Assembly (NCBI GenBank): GCA_050124735.1
Contig: JASFEQ010000005.1
Coordinates: 1 to 31,988, forward strand
Source of the DNA: Desulfobacteraceae bacterium
GTDB taxonomy: Bacteria; Desulfobacterota; DSM-4660; Desulfatiglandales; HGW-15
Direction: 5' to 3'
Length of the DNA: 31,988 bases
Positions 1 through 8,504 of this stretch are shown piece by piece (the stretch's first letter is position 1; every line of letters starts with the position of its first letter). The notes beneath the pieces are model-generated. The model made no database searches and was not told the DNA's origin. It worked only from the letters and a program-made list of their open reading frames with translations. The position numbers were made by a program, and so were the translations under genes.

Positions 1-283
1 CAGAGTTGTACCGAGGCTCTGGTTACCGAGGAACCGGATGACCGAATCGGTCACGTCCGGATCTGTGGGGGGAGCGGCTGGGCAACCGCCGCTTCTACCC
101 GGACGATAAGTATCATTGAAAAACCCCCGATTGCATGTTGCTTCTATAAATCGCTCTTGCAGCCCGTCTCCGAAAGCTTGCTTATACTATTCCTAAGCTT
201 TAATTTCATCTCCAGGATAGATCGTAATCATGCGCCCTCTAATAAGAGGGATTTCAGATCAAGTATGTCCTTAAAGATAAGGT

Positions 284-1321
284 TTATCCCGGTGGGGGCA
301 GAGAATTTACAGCGTCTTTAAGGGGGGACAGGTGTGGATCCTTGAGGTCTTCAAGGAGATGCTGAAGTGATTTCAAAGCGGGGGAAATATAGTCCTCAAA
401 ATGAGGCTTTCCTTGCACTTTGCTCAAGAATGAAAATGCGCCGAGTATCTGTAGGTTTCTCTGGATCGCCAGATAGGGGAAGTATTTCTTTAAGGGTTCG
501 ACGAGCCGGGATTCATACTTACCTAGGAACCGCACATAGTGCTGAAAAGTCTCATCTCGTTCGTATGAAGACAATCCCGTATAAGGATCGATAAGAAGGG
601 AGGCCAGGTCATAGGCCAGGGGACCGAGTCGCCCTCCCTGCCAGTCCAAAATCCCGATCTTCCCTTCTCGGACCATGATATTTCTTGACTGGAAGTCACG
701 GTGAAGAAAGTAATGGTCGTCGGCCTTTGAAGCGATTTCAACCAGATGATTGAAGGGGGCTTCCAGTTCAGGCCAATCCTTTTTTAGGCCAAGGTATTTG
801 TGAAGGAAAGCGTCTTTAAAATAATTTGCTTCATAATGTTGCATGACGAATGGATCGTATCTCTCAGTCTGGCAGCACCACTCCGTATTAAAACCTTCTG
901 CCCCTTCCGTCTGGAGTCGAAAGAGGATTTCAATGACCCTCTCATAGATTGAGACCCTGTCCTCTTTGAGCGATGCAGATTCCTGCAGGCTGGCATTCCC
1001 AAAATCATCCATGATGAACCAACCGTTGGTCAGATCAAAGCGGTGAATTTCAGGCACCGGTAAATCTTTCTGTAAGAGATGTCGGCCAATCATGAGATAG
1101 GCCACATTTTCTCGCTTTGCAAAGCCATCGGTGGGGGCATTTTCCATGGCTATGAAGCTGGTGTGGGACTGAGGGGAGAGGCGCCAGAAGAGCCTTTTAG
1201 AGCCATCACTGGGAAGAGAATGGAACTGGAGGTCCTCAGCGGGAAGTCCCACATCTTTAAGGAAAGTGGCGATAAATTCTGCAAGTTCCGGTTCAGGCCC
1301 GTCCATAGTGTTAATTCTCAA
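284..1321 (-). CDS. Aminoglycoside-phosphotransferase-fold sugar kinase, AmgK/MurK-like (anomeric MurNAc/GlcNAc kinase candidate)
   Basis: 345-aa ORF. It has an APH-type catalytic motif 'LHRDFQSRNIMV' and Brenner-like 'IGILDWQG'. There is a 4-nt ATGA overlap with the downstream nucleotidyltransferase, which is the AmgK-MurU arrangement. Confidence 0.7.
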   Translation of the reverse strand: MRINTMDGPEPELAEFIATFLKDVGLPAEDLQFHSLPSDGSKRLFWRLSPQSHTSFIAMENAPTDGFAKRENVAYLMIGRHLLQKDLPVPEIHRFDLTNGWFIMDDFGNASLQESASLKEDRVSIYERVIEILFRLQTEGAEGFNTEWCCQTERYDPFVMQHYEANYFKDAFLHKYLGLKKDWPELEAPFNHLVEIASKADDHYFLHRDFQSRNIMVREGKIGILDWQGGRLGPLAYDLASLLIDPYTGLSSYERDETFQHYVRFLGKYESRLVEPLKKYFPYLAIQRNLQILGAFSFLSKVQGKPHFEDYISPALKSLQHLLEDLKDPHLSPLKDAVNSLPPPG

Positions 1322-2259
1322 TAGGTTTCTTCGATCAAATCTCGATCGACGGTTCTGAAGGAAGTCACTACACTATCGATGACCTTTGTATCCCTTCGCA
1401 CCCTCACTTCGTCCCAGAGTATTGATCGCCTTATTTCCACATCCTCTTCCAAAGTGGTTTTTTCACCGATCACGGCCCAGTCCTCCAGCTTGGTTGAGTC
1501 GTCTATCTGGCAGTCAGGTCCTACGGAGAAAGATTCTTTATCTAATAAATCTCTGTTGGCCTGCATGTAGTTCTCCACGGTTCCCATATCACGCCAATAA
1601 TGGCCAGTCGTTAGTAGAGATCTAATGGATCTTCCCGATTGAATCAGTTCTCGGTAACAATCAATGATATCTGAAAACACCCGATCCGGGATGTGGGTCA
1701 ACAGATCAGGGTCCATGATGTGTATGCCAGTAAAGGCAAATCGTCCCTGAGCGCCCCAGGCAGAAATATCTGTGACAAAGCCATTGTCGTCTATCTGAAT
1801 CTGGTTGTAAGGCGTGCAGTCATGAAGGATCAAGGTGACGAGGCCTCCTAACTTTTTGTGTGATTCATAGGCTCGGCTGAGGTTGATATTTGTAAGGATG
1901 TCGCTGTTTATGACAATGAAAGGATCATCACCCCAGAAATCTTCCGTATTCTTGATTCCCCCCCCTGTACCCAGAATCTCGGGCTCAACGCGGACCTGGA
2001 TTTCCAATCCAAAAGGCCTGCCCCCATCCAAATAATCGACGATCTGCCGGTAGTGATGGTGGGCATTGACCACGATCTGATCAATTCCATGTTTCTTGAG
2101 GTACTCAATGACCCAGCCAATAATGGGCTTATTCACCACAGGCATGAGTGCCTTGGGTTTCTTATCAGTCAGGGGACGTAGGCGCGTTCCCAGCCCTGCA
2201 GCTAGTATCATGGCCTTCATTAGAAACCGTTCAGTAAGAGATGGGTTCTCATATATCAA
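1318..2259 (-). CDS. Sugar-1-phosphate nucleotidyltransferase (MurU/GlmU-like) with C-terminal hexapeptide-like tail
   Basis: 313-aa ORF. The N-terminal 'MILAAGLGTRLRPLTDKKPKALMPV' is the G-x-G-T-R-L nucleotidyltransferase signature. The start overlaps the stop of the kinase (coupled). Confidence 0.7.
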   Translation of the reverse strand: MIYENPSLTERFLMKAMILAAGLGTRLRPLTDKKPKALMPVVNKPIIGWVIEYLKKHGIDQIVVNAHHHYRQIVDYLDGGRPFGLEIQVRVEPEILGTGGGIKNTEDFWGDDPFIVINSDILTNINLSRAYESHKKLGGLVTLILHDCTPYNQIQIDDNGFVTDISAWGAQGRFAFTGIHIMDPDLLTHIPDRVFSDIIDCYRELIQSGRSIRSLLTTGHYWRDMGTVENYMQANRDLLDKESFSVGPDCQIDDSTKLEDWAVIGEKTTLEEDVEIRRSILWDEVRVRRDTKVIDSVVTSFRTVDRDLIEETY

Positions 2260-2462
2260 ATCCCTCTTGGAGTGGATCCTAAGGTGACACCCCTATTCCA
2301 AAATCTGCTCCAGGTGTTTGTACGCGGTTGTTTCGTACTCATTATAAATCATTGATGGACAAGTCAACGAAAACTTGGCGTAAGAAGAAAAGGGTATGGC
2401 GGGCGGATGGGTCCTAGGCGATGGTGGGGGTCTATTGTAGCATGTGGAAAAGGGATTCAGAA

Positions 2463-3011
2463 TTATGGATTTTTCTTCTCTTTCTTGCCTAGGCGCTGTC
2501 TTTGTTTGTATGCTTCAATTTCATCTTTCAACGCTGTGACCTGATTTGACGTGCCAGCAAATAGGGCGGTTCGGGTTTTTACAAGTACCTTTTTATCCAG
2601 TTCCTCAAGGGACTTTTTGAGCGTCTCCATACCCTTCTCAACCTGCTTTTCCCGGAAGAGCTCGTGCGCCTTATCGATCAAAAAGAGGGGTTGCATTAAC
2701 CTTTCGTTTTGAATACGGTCAAGGGCCTCATCCAGGTTGGAGTACGTCTTTGCAATGGACTTGCGGGTGTAACTAAGCTCCTCACGAATCCCTTCAAGCG
2801 CCTCGCGCGCCATTCCTATCTTTATACCAGGATTGGTGTTCTTTTTCTTGGCAAATTTGAGAGCCTGTTTGACGGCCTTGCGAGCCTGTTTAATGCCTTT
2901 ACGCACTTCCTTTGCCTTTTCAAAATAATCTACAGTACCTTTAAGAATATCATCATGAACCCTTATCAGGCTAAGGGGTAATCCATCCCTTTTATATCGA
3001 AATGTTGCCAT
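2463..3011 (-). CDS. Hypothetical Lys/Glu-rich coiled-coil protein
   Basis: 182-aa ORF. There is a strong SD (GGAGCAGG) about 6 nt upstream of the ATG. No recognisable catalytic motif. Composition is phasin or structural-like. Confidence 0.5.
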   Translation of the reverse strand: MATFRYKRDGLPLSLIRVHDDILKGTVDYFEKAKEVRKGIKQARKAVKQALKFAKKKNTNPGIKIGMAREALEGIREELSYTRKSIAKTYSNLDEALDRIQNERLMQPLFLIDKAHELFREKQVEKGMETLKKSLEELDKKVLVKTRTALFAGTSNQVTALKDEIEAYKQRQRLGKKEKKNP

Positions 3012-3284
3012 TGATCCTGCTCCTCATTCTTAAGAATTGACTGCCTTGCGCAGCTTATAAGGTAAGCTAGAATACCCCTAATTTACCGTACCCTGAATAG
3101 GCCTGAGGCATCCGCCGCTAATTTCCCTTTCCTAAAATTAGACCAAGATTTTAAATTTTTTTCAAGGACGAAGTCCTGCTCTCATTTTACACCCCTGCAG
3201 GGTGTAATCAAAGTCGGGTCCTTTAGGCCTCCGGCTCGTAGAGCCTCCGCCTCGTAGAGCCCGCATTATTTACCCTGGGAAGCG

Positions 3285-3668
3285 TTATTTTGATATGCTT
3301 TCACCCTCTTCACGTTCCATTGAATTACTCAGTCTCTTAGGGCTTTCAGTGTCTTCGACCTCCGTGAAGATCATCTCTAAGTCGCCTGACTCCAAATGAT
3401 CACGTATTCGTAGAAAGGCCGCCCTTCGCTCTTCCTCTTCTCCCCACTTGAAGATCATACTCTGGTCTAATTCGCCTCTGTGCTCTTTAATCCTTCTTCT
3501 TTCTCTACCGCTTCGTCTCTCAGGGATGTGGAGGGTATAGGAAAATCTTCTCCGGTCAATCCCTAATCGTCTGCCTCCCCGGTCGCTCAGAAAGAAAGGC
3601 GAGACCTCCACTTTTGCCTTCTTGACCCCTCGTTTTTTCTCGGTGCCCATGTTTCTTCTCTTTTTCAT
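3285..3668 (-). CDS. Hypothetical Arg/Glu-rich small protein
   Basis: 127-aa ORF with a GGTGAGG SD 7 nt upstream of the ATG. It is extremely charged, with motif 'DRRRFSYTLHIPERRSGRERRR'. No family recognised. It overlaps an alternative 112-aa ORF that I reject. Confidence 0.3.
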   Translation of the reverse strand: MKKRRNMGTEKKRGVKKAKVEVSPFFLSDRGGRRLGIDRRRFSYTLHIPERRSGRERRRIKEHRGELDQSMIFKWGEEEERRAAFLRIRDHLESGDLEMIFTEVEDTESPKRLSNSMEREEGESISK

Positions 3669-4008
3669 AAGATAACCTCACCCAACGAGGGCCGAAAAAG
3701 CACCTCCGCCGCCATCCTAGCCACCAATAAGACATGGAATTGAGGTCACAATGGCCAAGGTTTGATTGATGAGGGGGCGATTTTGGAGTGAGCCAAAATT
3801 GAAGATAAACAATTTGCGTGCCAGAATTTGATTCCTTTGCGTGCGCTCCAGAAAGAAAGGCAACTGCAAGGGCAGAGTGCGTCTCGTAAATCACTATCCT
3901 GTTGATTTTTCAATGAATAGTTCTGTGTAGAAGGGGTGTGTTAAGTCAGGGAAAAGAATTCTCAAGGAATAGGCTTTAGGCGGATTTCAAGAATGGAGTA
4001 CAGAAAAG

Positions 4009-4031
4009 TGTGCATATGTGCACATTTTTTT
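4009..4031. terminator. Intrinsic-terminator-like hairpin (TGTGCA-TATG-TGCACA followed by T7), possibly bidirectional
   Basis: A perfect 6-bp stem with a 4-nt loop, then TTTTTTT on the plus strand. There is an A-tract before it and CTTTTCT after it on the minus strand. No annotated gene ends here. Confidence 0.4.
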
Positions 4032-4075
4032 GTGCGACAGGAGCAAAATTCCATAAAATACGGACCCTTGTCTAT

Positions 4076-4104
4076 TTGACAGAGTAGCGAATTTATCTTA
4101 TATT
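4076..4104 (+). promoter_or_regulatory. sigma70-type promoter for nagZ (-35 TTGACA, 17-bp spacer, -10 TATATT)
   Basis: A near-consensus hexamer pair about 70 nt upstream of the nagZ ATG. Confidence 0.45.
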
Positions 4105-4175
4105 AACTCAAAAAGATTAATTTTTAGTAAATTGAATTGTACATTGCAAAAGGAATATAATCTTTCTTTGGCAAA

Positions 4176-5276
4176 ATGAAAAAGAAAGGGGAGACGGCAT
4201 CTTTGAGCACAACACTTGATCTTTCCGAGCTTGACGCGAAAATCGGTCAACTTTTCATGATAGGATTACCTGGCCCTCAATTGGACGAGGGCACAGAGGC
4301 CTTGCTCCAGGATTACAATTTGGGTGGGGTCATCCTCTTTTCGCGGAATATTGAGGACCCGATCCAACTGACCAAGCTTTGCCTGGACCTTCAGGATGCG
4401 GCAATGGAGCACCACGGCCTTCCCCTTATCCTCGCCGTTGACCAGGAAGGGGGCAGAGTTGCCCGGCTGAGAGAGCCCTTCACCCAGTTCGCCGGAAATA
4501 CGGCCATCGGGCAGGATGCAGAACCCGAAAAGAAAGCTGAGGAATTTGGCCGCATCACGGCAAAGGAAATGAAAATGGTCGGGCTTAATATGAATCTTGC
4601 CCCAGTGGTGGATGTGCAAAGAGGGGAGCCCGAGAAGCATCTTGCAGGGCGGACCTTTGGAGAGGATTCTGCCATAGTGGCCCTGCTCGGCAGGACCGTG
4701 GTGAGATCTCTCCAGGGAAATGGGATCATGTCCGTGGCCAAACATTTCCCGGGCCTAGGCGGTACCCGCCTCGATCCCCATGTTCATCTGCCCAGAATAG
4801 AGTTGGATATGGAAGAGATGGAAGAGGTGAATCTTCCCCCGTTCCAGGCGGCCATAAACGAAGGCGTTTCAGGCATCATGACTTCCCATGCCATCTATCC
4901 CGCATTAGATACGGAGCGACCTGCCACGCTTTCGCCGCGCGTATTGAACCAGCTCTTGAGGGAAAAGATGTGTTTTGAGGGACTGATCATCACGGATGAC
5001 CTGGAAATGGGGGCTATAGCCGAACATTGGGGTGTGGCTCAAGGGGCCACAGCCGCCTTTGAAGCGGGGGCAGACATACTGCTTATCTGCAAAGATCAGA
5101 AATATGTCCTGCAAAGCCTGGAACTCATCCGAGGCAGAGTGCTAAGGAATGAGATATCCTTCCAGAGACTGAATGCCTCATATGAGCGGATTATGAGAGT
5201 GAGGTCCACACTGCTGGACCGCAAGGAGTGGATATCCATGGGGAATGTGAAGCGGTATTTCAAGTTAAGTGCCTAA
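4176..5276 (+). CDS. nagZ: Beta-N-acetylhexosaminidase NagZ (GH3), peptidoglycan recycling
   Basis: 366-aa ORF. It has the GH3 N-terminal domain motifs 'KHFPGLGGT' and 'DPHVHLP', plus 'LILAVDQEGGRVARL'. Confidence 0.85.
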   Translation: MKKKGETASLSTTLDLSELDAKIGQLFMIGLPGPQLDEGTEALLQDYNLGGVILFSRNIEDPIQLTKLCLDLQDAAMEHHGLPLILAVDQEGGRVARLREPFTQFAGNTAIGQDAEPEKKAEEFGRITAKEMKMVGLNMNLAPVVDVQRGEPEKHLAGRTFGEDSAIVALLGRTVVRSLQGNGIMSVAKHFPGLGGTRLDPHVHLPRIELDMEEMEEVNLPPFQAAINEGVSGIMTSHAIYPALDTERPATLSPRVLNQLLREKMCFEGLIITDDLEMGAIAEHWGVAQGATAAFEAGADILLICKDQKYVLQSLELIRGRVLRNEISFQRLNASYERIMRVRSTLLDRKEWISMGNVKRYFKLSA

Positions 5277-5310
5277 AGTGAGCTAAAGTAACCCGCCTAG
5301 CATCACTCAT

Positions 5311-8300
5311 TTACATGCCCAGAGCCTGCTTTGCCATGCGCCTAACGTTCGGATTCGGATCGTTACGATATTCTTCAAGGAGCGCGCTGGCGCGGTCACT
5401 TTTGATCTTTGAGAGCACATCCAGGGCCAGTATCTTAAATGACGGGCTCTCCTCTTTCATGGCCAGATGGACCGAATCGATAGCTTCATCCTGAAAAAAA
5501 GCAATCGAAAGCACGGTAGCATCCCTGACCTCAAGATAGGGATCATTGAGAAGGGCGATCAATTCGGGAAGGGCAGACTTCTCATTCATCTGCCCCAGAG
5601 AAAAGGCGGCAGTCTTTCTCAAGGCGGGTTGGGGATCACTGAGATAAGGCATTAGTCTCTTGGCGGCAGATGGGGATTGACGAAATTCCCCGGTCCATTT
5701 CTCAAGGGTGAGCCGTAGCTCCTGAAGATGATCGAAGACGAAATGGACATACTCCTCTAGGGTGTCTCCTTTTTCCTTCTGCAAGCTCATGTGCTCATAT
5801 TGCTTGTGGGTCTGGTAATCAATGGGAACGGCACTGGACAAGACAGACAAGACCCGGAGGGCATTTTCGCCATCTAACAAGTAGCCCCTGATGAGACTTG
5901 GGTCATTCTTTTCTAGGGTCTTCACGACAGCCTGCTTCATGGGCTGCAAGACCTGAAGACGCCTTTCATCCAAAATCTCTCCGATGGCTCTTATTGCTGC
6001 AGACTTCACCCTCCAGGAGGGATCCTCTAAGGCTTCAATGCAGCTCTTTAGAGCCTTTGAATCCTTGAGTTGTCCCAAGAAGTAAAGCGCCCTGGATTTG
6101 ACGAGAGGGTCCAAAGCGTTTTTGACTTGGATCAAGGCTGGGACTGCGTGGTAGGCATGCACTGCGAAGAGTTCGTTCATCAAGCGAAGACTCAGGACGT
6201 CCGGGGTGTTGAGCCGTTCAACCATAAAAGGCACCGACTTAGATCCTTCAAGTCCGAGGAGTCTGTCTTGGGCCTCCACAGGGATCTTCCTCTCCAGGCC
6301 CCAGTGCGAAGCCACAGCGAGTGTCATTTCCATGTCTTCAGGATAGGGCACCGTTTCAGCCTTGGCCATTAAACCCGCGAGACGCCTTTCTTCTTTGACC
6401 CTGATCTCTTCGGCAACCGTGTTCCCAGGGGGGGGCGCCGCTGGCAGGAGGATATTCAAACCGCTAATACGTCCATTGTTCTCATCAATGCCCACGGCCC
6501 ATCGAGACGCACTCCAGACAGAATTGTCCGTCCCGTTTTTGGAGTACCTGTCTTTGCCGGCCGCATCAATAAAAAGGCCAATACCCCCGGCCCTCCTGCC
6601 CTGCGTGAGGCCTCCAACGGCCATGCCGGTGTTCGTATCATACCCATCATACCCAGAGTTATCCACAAAGATGCCTACACCATTGGCTTCCGAAGCACCC
6701 ATGGAGAGCCAGTTGGAGACATAGGTGTCGTTCCCGGCCTCATTGACCAGAATGCCAACACCGTAATCATGACCACAGCCCTGAGATACACCCCAGGAAA
6801 AAGTATGGTCGTTACCGCGGACGTCCATTAGGAGACCAAAAGAGAAATGAATCCCTGCACCTTGGGAGTAACGACGGGCGATATAGGTATCCTTTCCCTC
6901 CTGATCATACAGAATACCCATGCCCATCCAGTAGGAAGACCCCTGGCCAAAATATTGGCATTGATAAAAGTCGTTACCTGCTCTGTCCGCAAGCAGTGCC
7001 AATCCTCCACCAGAGAGGTTTCGTATTCCCCAAGCAAAGCCCTGAGAGAAGCTTTGGTTCATGCCCGGTTCTCTCGGATCGGGAGCTCTCGTGCCAGACA
7101 AGTATTTGTCGTTTCCCTCGATGTCAGAAAGACATGAGATGCCCTGCACTCCAGAGTGGGCCTGACCGGAGTGCTGGCACTGATAAGTGTCTTCACCCGC
7201 CAGATCCACAATGCCTGCCCAGCCGAACCAGGATGCAGCCTGCACGAATTCATTTCCAAGGTAGCTGTCTATGCCTCCGGCATCCATGAGCAGACCGATT
7301 CCAAAGAGACTCGCTCCCTGGGAGAAGTTGTGCGCCTTGTAGAAATCGTTTCCTTGCAGGTCGAACAATATTCCTATCCCCCAAAACCCCGCCCCTTGTG
7401 TCAAATCCTCTCCTATATAGTGATCGTCTCCATCCAGATCGAGGACGACCGAACACTTTCCATGCCTACCAGATGCAATTTTTCCCCTGTAAAGATCATT
7501 GCCACCAAGATCGATGACCAGACTTGCTTCGTGGTGGTGTATATCTGATCCCACTCCCCCAATAATTACCCTTCCAAGCGTTGTGGTAAAGGAGAGGGAC
7601 TCTACCCCCTTTTTCCAATCATCCGTTGAAGTCAAGAGCTCTCTTGCTCTGCCTAACGAGGTCAAGAGAATAATACCTGCTTTGAGTATCTCTCGCGTAT
7701 TCACGTTTCCAGCAATATTTATGGTTCTTCTCAATTCTTTGAATTTGGTCCGTTCGACAACGGTTTTTTCAAAGTCCTTTCCTGAAACGTGTTCTGGATA
7801 GAGGTACTTTTCAAAGTCATTCATCTGTTTGGGCGTGATATCATCATTAATGCCATCAAGGATCATCTCAGCGGTATACACAGCGTCAAGAATCTGAATG
7901 ACCGCTTCCCTCAACGGTTCGGGGAGATGTGATGGAACCAAATGGCTTTGAGGTCTTTGCAAAGGGAGGGGCTCAGATAGGGTTATATCACTCAGCCGAG
8001 ACAACGCCTTGAGCCATAATACCGGATCATCAGCCACCTGTAAAAGATGTTTAGCCGTCTGCTGGGCTTCCTTTGGCGCTTCTAAAGGTTTTTCCATCCA
8101 TCTCGAGAAACGATCAAAGGCAAGGGGCGCTTCATAGAGATCTGGTCGAACGGAGAGATCGCCTCGGTTCATGGCGATGACTTGCAAAGCCTCGTCCAGA
8201 AGGGACATATTTTTGACAGGTGCGGCGGATGAAATGCAAGGGGAAAGGGCAGAGGGGTGTCTCATGAAAGGAAGGCACAAAATCAAAACAATTAGGAAGG

Positions 8301-8334
8301 CCTGATGGTATTTCAAGATGCTTTTGGTGAACAT
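5311..8334 (-). CDS. Large secreted repeat protein with an N-terminal signal peptide, a roughly 13x tandem ~26-aa beta-solenoid-like repeat array and C-terminal PBS-lyase-type HEAT repeats
   Basis: The ORF track gives 5311..8352 with a GTG start. ATG 8334 (MFTKSILKYHQAFLIVLILCLPF...) has GAGGG upstream and a signal-peptide-like hydrophobic core. Repeat consensus is [IL]L.D..GND.Y......SQGA....G[IV]G, spanning about 6490-7525. HEAT-like 'LPELIALLNDPYLEVRDATV' is at the C-terminus. Confidence 0.8.
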   Translation of the reverse strand: MFTKSILKYHQAFLIVLILCLPFMRHPSALSPCISSAAPVKNMSLLDEALQVIAMNRGDLSVRPDLYEAPLAFDRFSRWMEKPLEAPKEAQQTAKHLLQVADDPVLWLKALSRLSDITLSEPLPLQRPQSHLVPSHLPEPLREAVIQILDAVYTAEMILDGINDDITPKQMNDFEKYLYPEHVSGKDFEKTVVERTKFKELRRTINIAGNVNTREILKAGIILLTSLGRARELLTSTDDWKKGVESLSFTTTLGRVIIGGVGSDIHHHEASLVIDLGGNDLYRGKIASGRHGKCSVVLDLDGDDHYIGEDLTQGAGFWGIGILFDLQGNDFYKAHNFSQGASLFGIGLLMDAGGIDSYLGNEFVQAASWFGWAGIVDLAGEDTYQCQHSGQAHSGVQGISCLSDIEGNDKYLSGTRAPDPREPGMNQSFSQGFAWGIRNLSGGGLALLADRAGNDFYQCQYFGQGSSYWMGMGILYDQEGKDTYIARRYSQGAGIHFSFGLLMDVRGNDHTFSWGVSQGCGHDYGVGILVNEAGNDTYVSNWLSMGASEANGVGIFVDNSGYDGYDTNTGMAVGGLTQGRRAGGIGLFIDAAGKDRYSKNGTDNSVWSASRWAVGIDENNGRISGLNILLPAAPPPGNTVAEEIRVKEERRLAGLMAKAETVPYPEDMEMTLAVASHWGLERKIPVEAQDRLLGLEGSKSVPFMVERLNTPDVLSLRLMNELFAVHAYHAVPALIQVKNALDPLVKSRALYFLGQLKDSKALKSCIEALEDPSWRVKSAAIRAIGEILDERRLQVLQPMKQAVVKTLEKNDPSLIRGYLLDGENALRVLSVLSSAVPIDYQTHKQYEHMSLQKEKGDTLEEYVHFVFDHLQELRLTLEKWTGEFRQSPSAAKRLMPYLSDPQPALRKTAAFSLGQMNEKSALPELIALLNDPYLEVRDATVLSIAFFQDEAIDSVHLAMKEESPSFKILALDVLSKIKSDRASALLEEYRNDPNPNVRRMAKQALGM

Positions 8335-8425
8335 TTTACCCTCAATGCACACCCCTGTGGGGCCCGGATTACTTGCTGCCTCTTATTATCATTTTGGATT
8401 GGAAGTTCCAACTCAATTTATTTTT

Positions 8426-8454
8426 TTGACATTCATCGGCGGGCTTACTATTGA
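8426..8454 (+). promoter_or_regulatory. Candidate sigma70 promoter for the SSF transporter (-35 TTGACA, 17 bp, -10 TATTGA)
   Basis: A hexamer match 50 nt upstream of the ATG at 8505, which has a GAGGTGA SD. Confidence 0.3.
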
Positions 8455-8504
8455 AGTTGAAAGGGCACGCGCTCAGGTGAACTCTTTTTTGCTCGAGGTG
8501 ACGT

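Noticed and set aside
1-330. Plus-strand frame-1 is open for the first 110 codons of the window, which could be the 3' end of an upstream gene.
   Set aside because: The translation is low-complexity with no recognisable domain. It overlaps the AmgK 3' end antisense. All minus frames are closed. There is too little sequence to call a gene.
3556-3894. 112-aa minus-strand ORF overlapping the 127-aa ORF.
   Set aside because: No SD. The protein is implausible (Trp/Cys/His-rich, no hydrophobic core). It overlaps a better-supported ORF.
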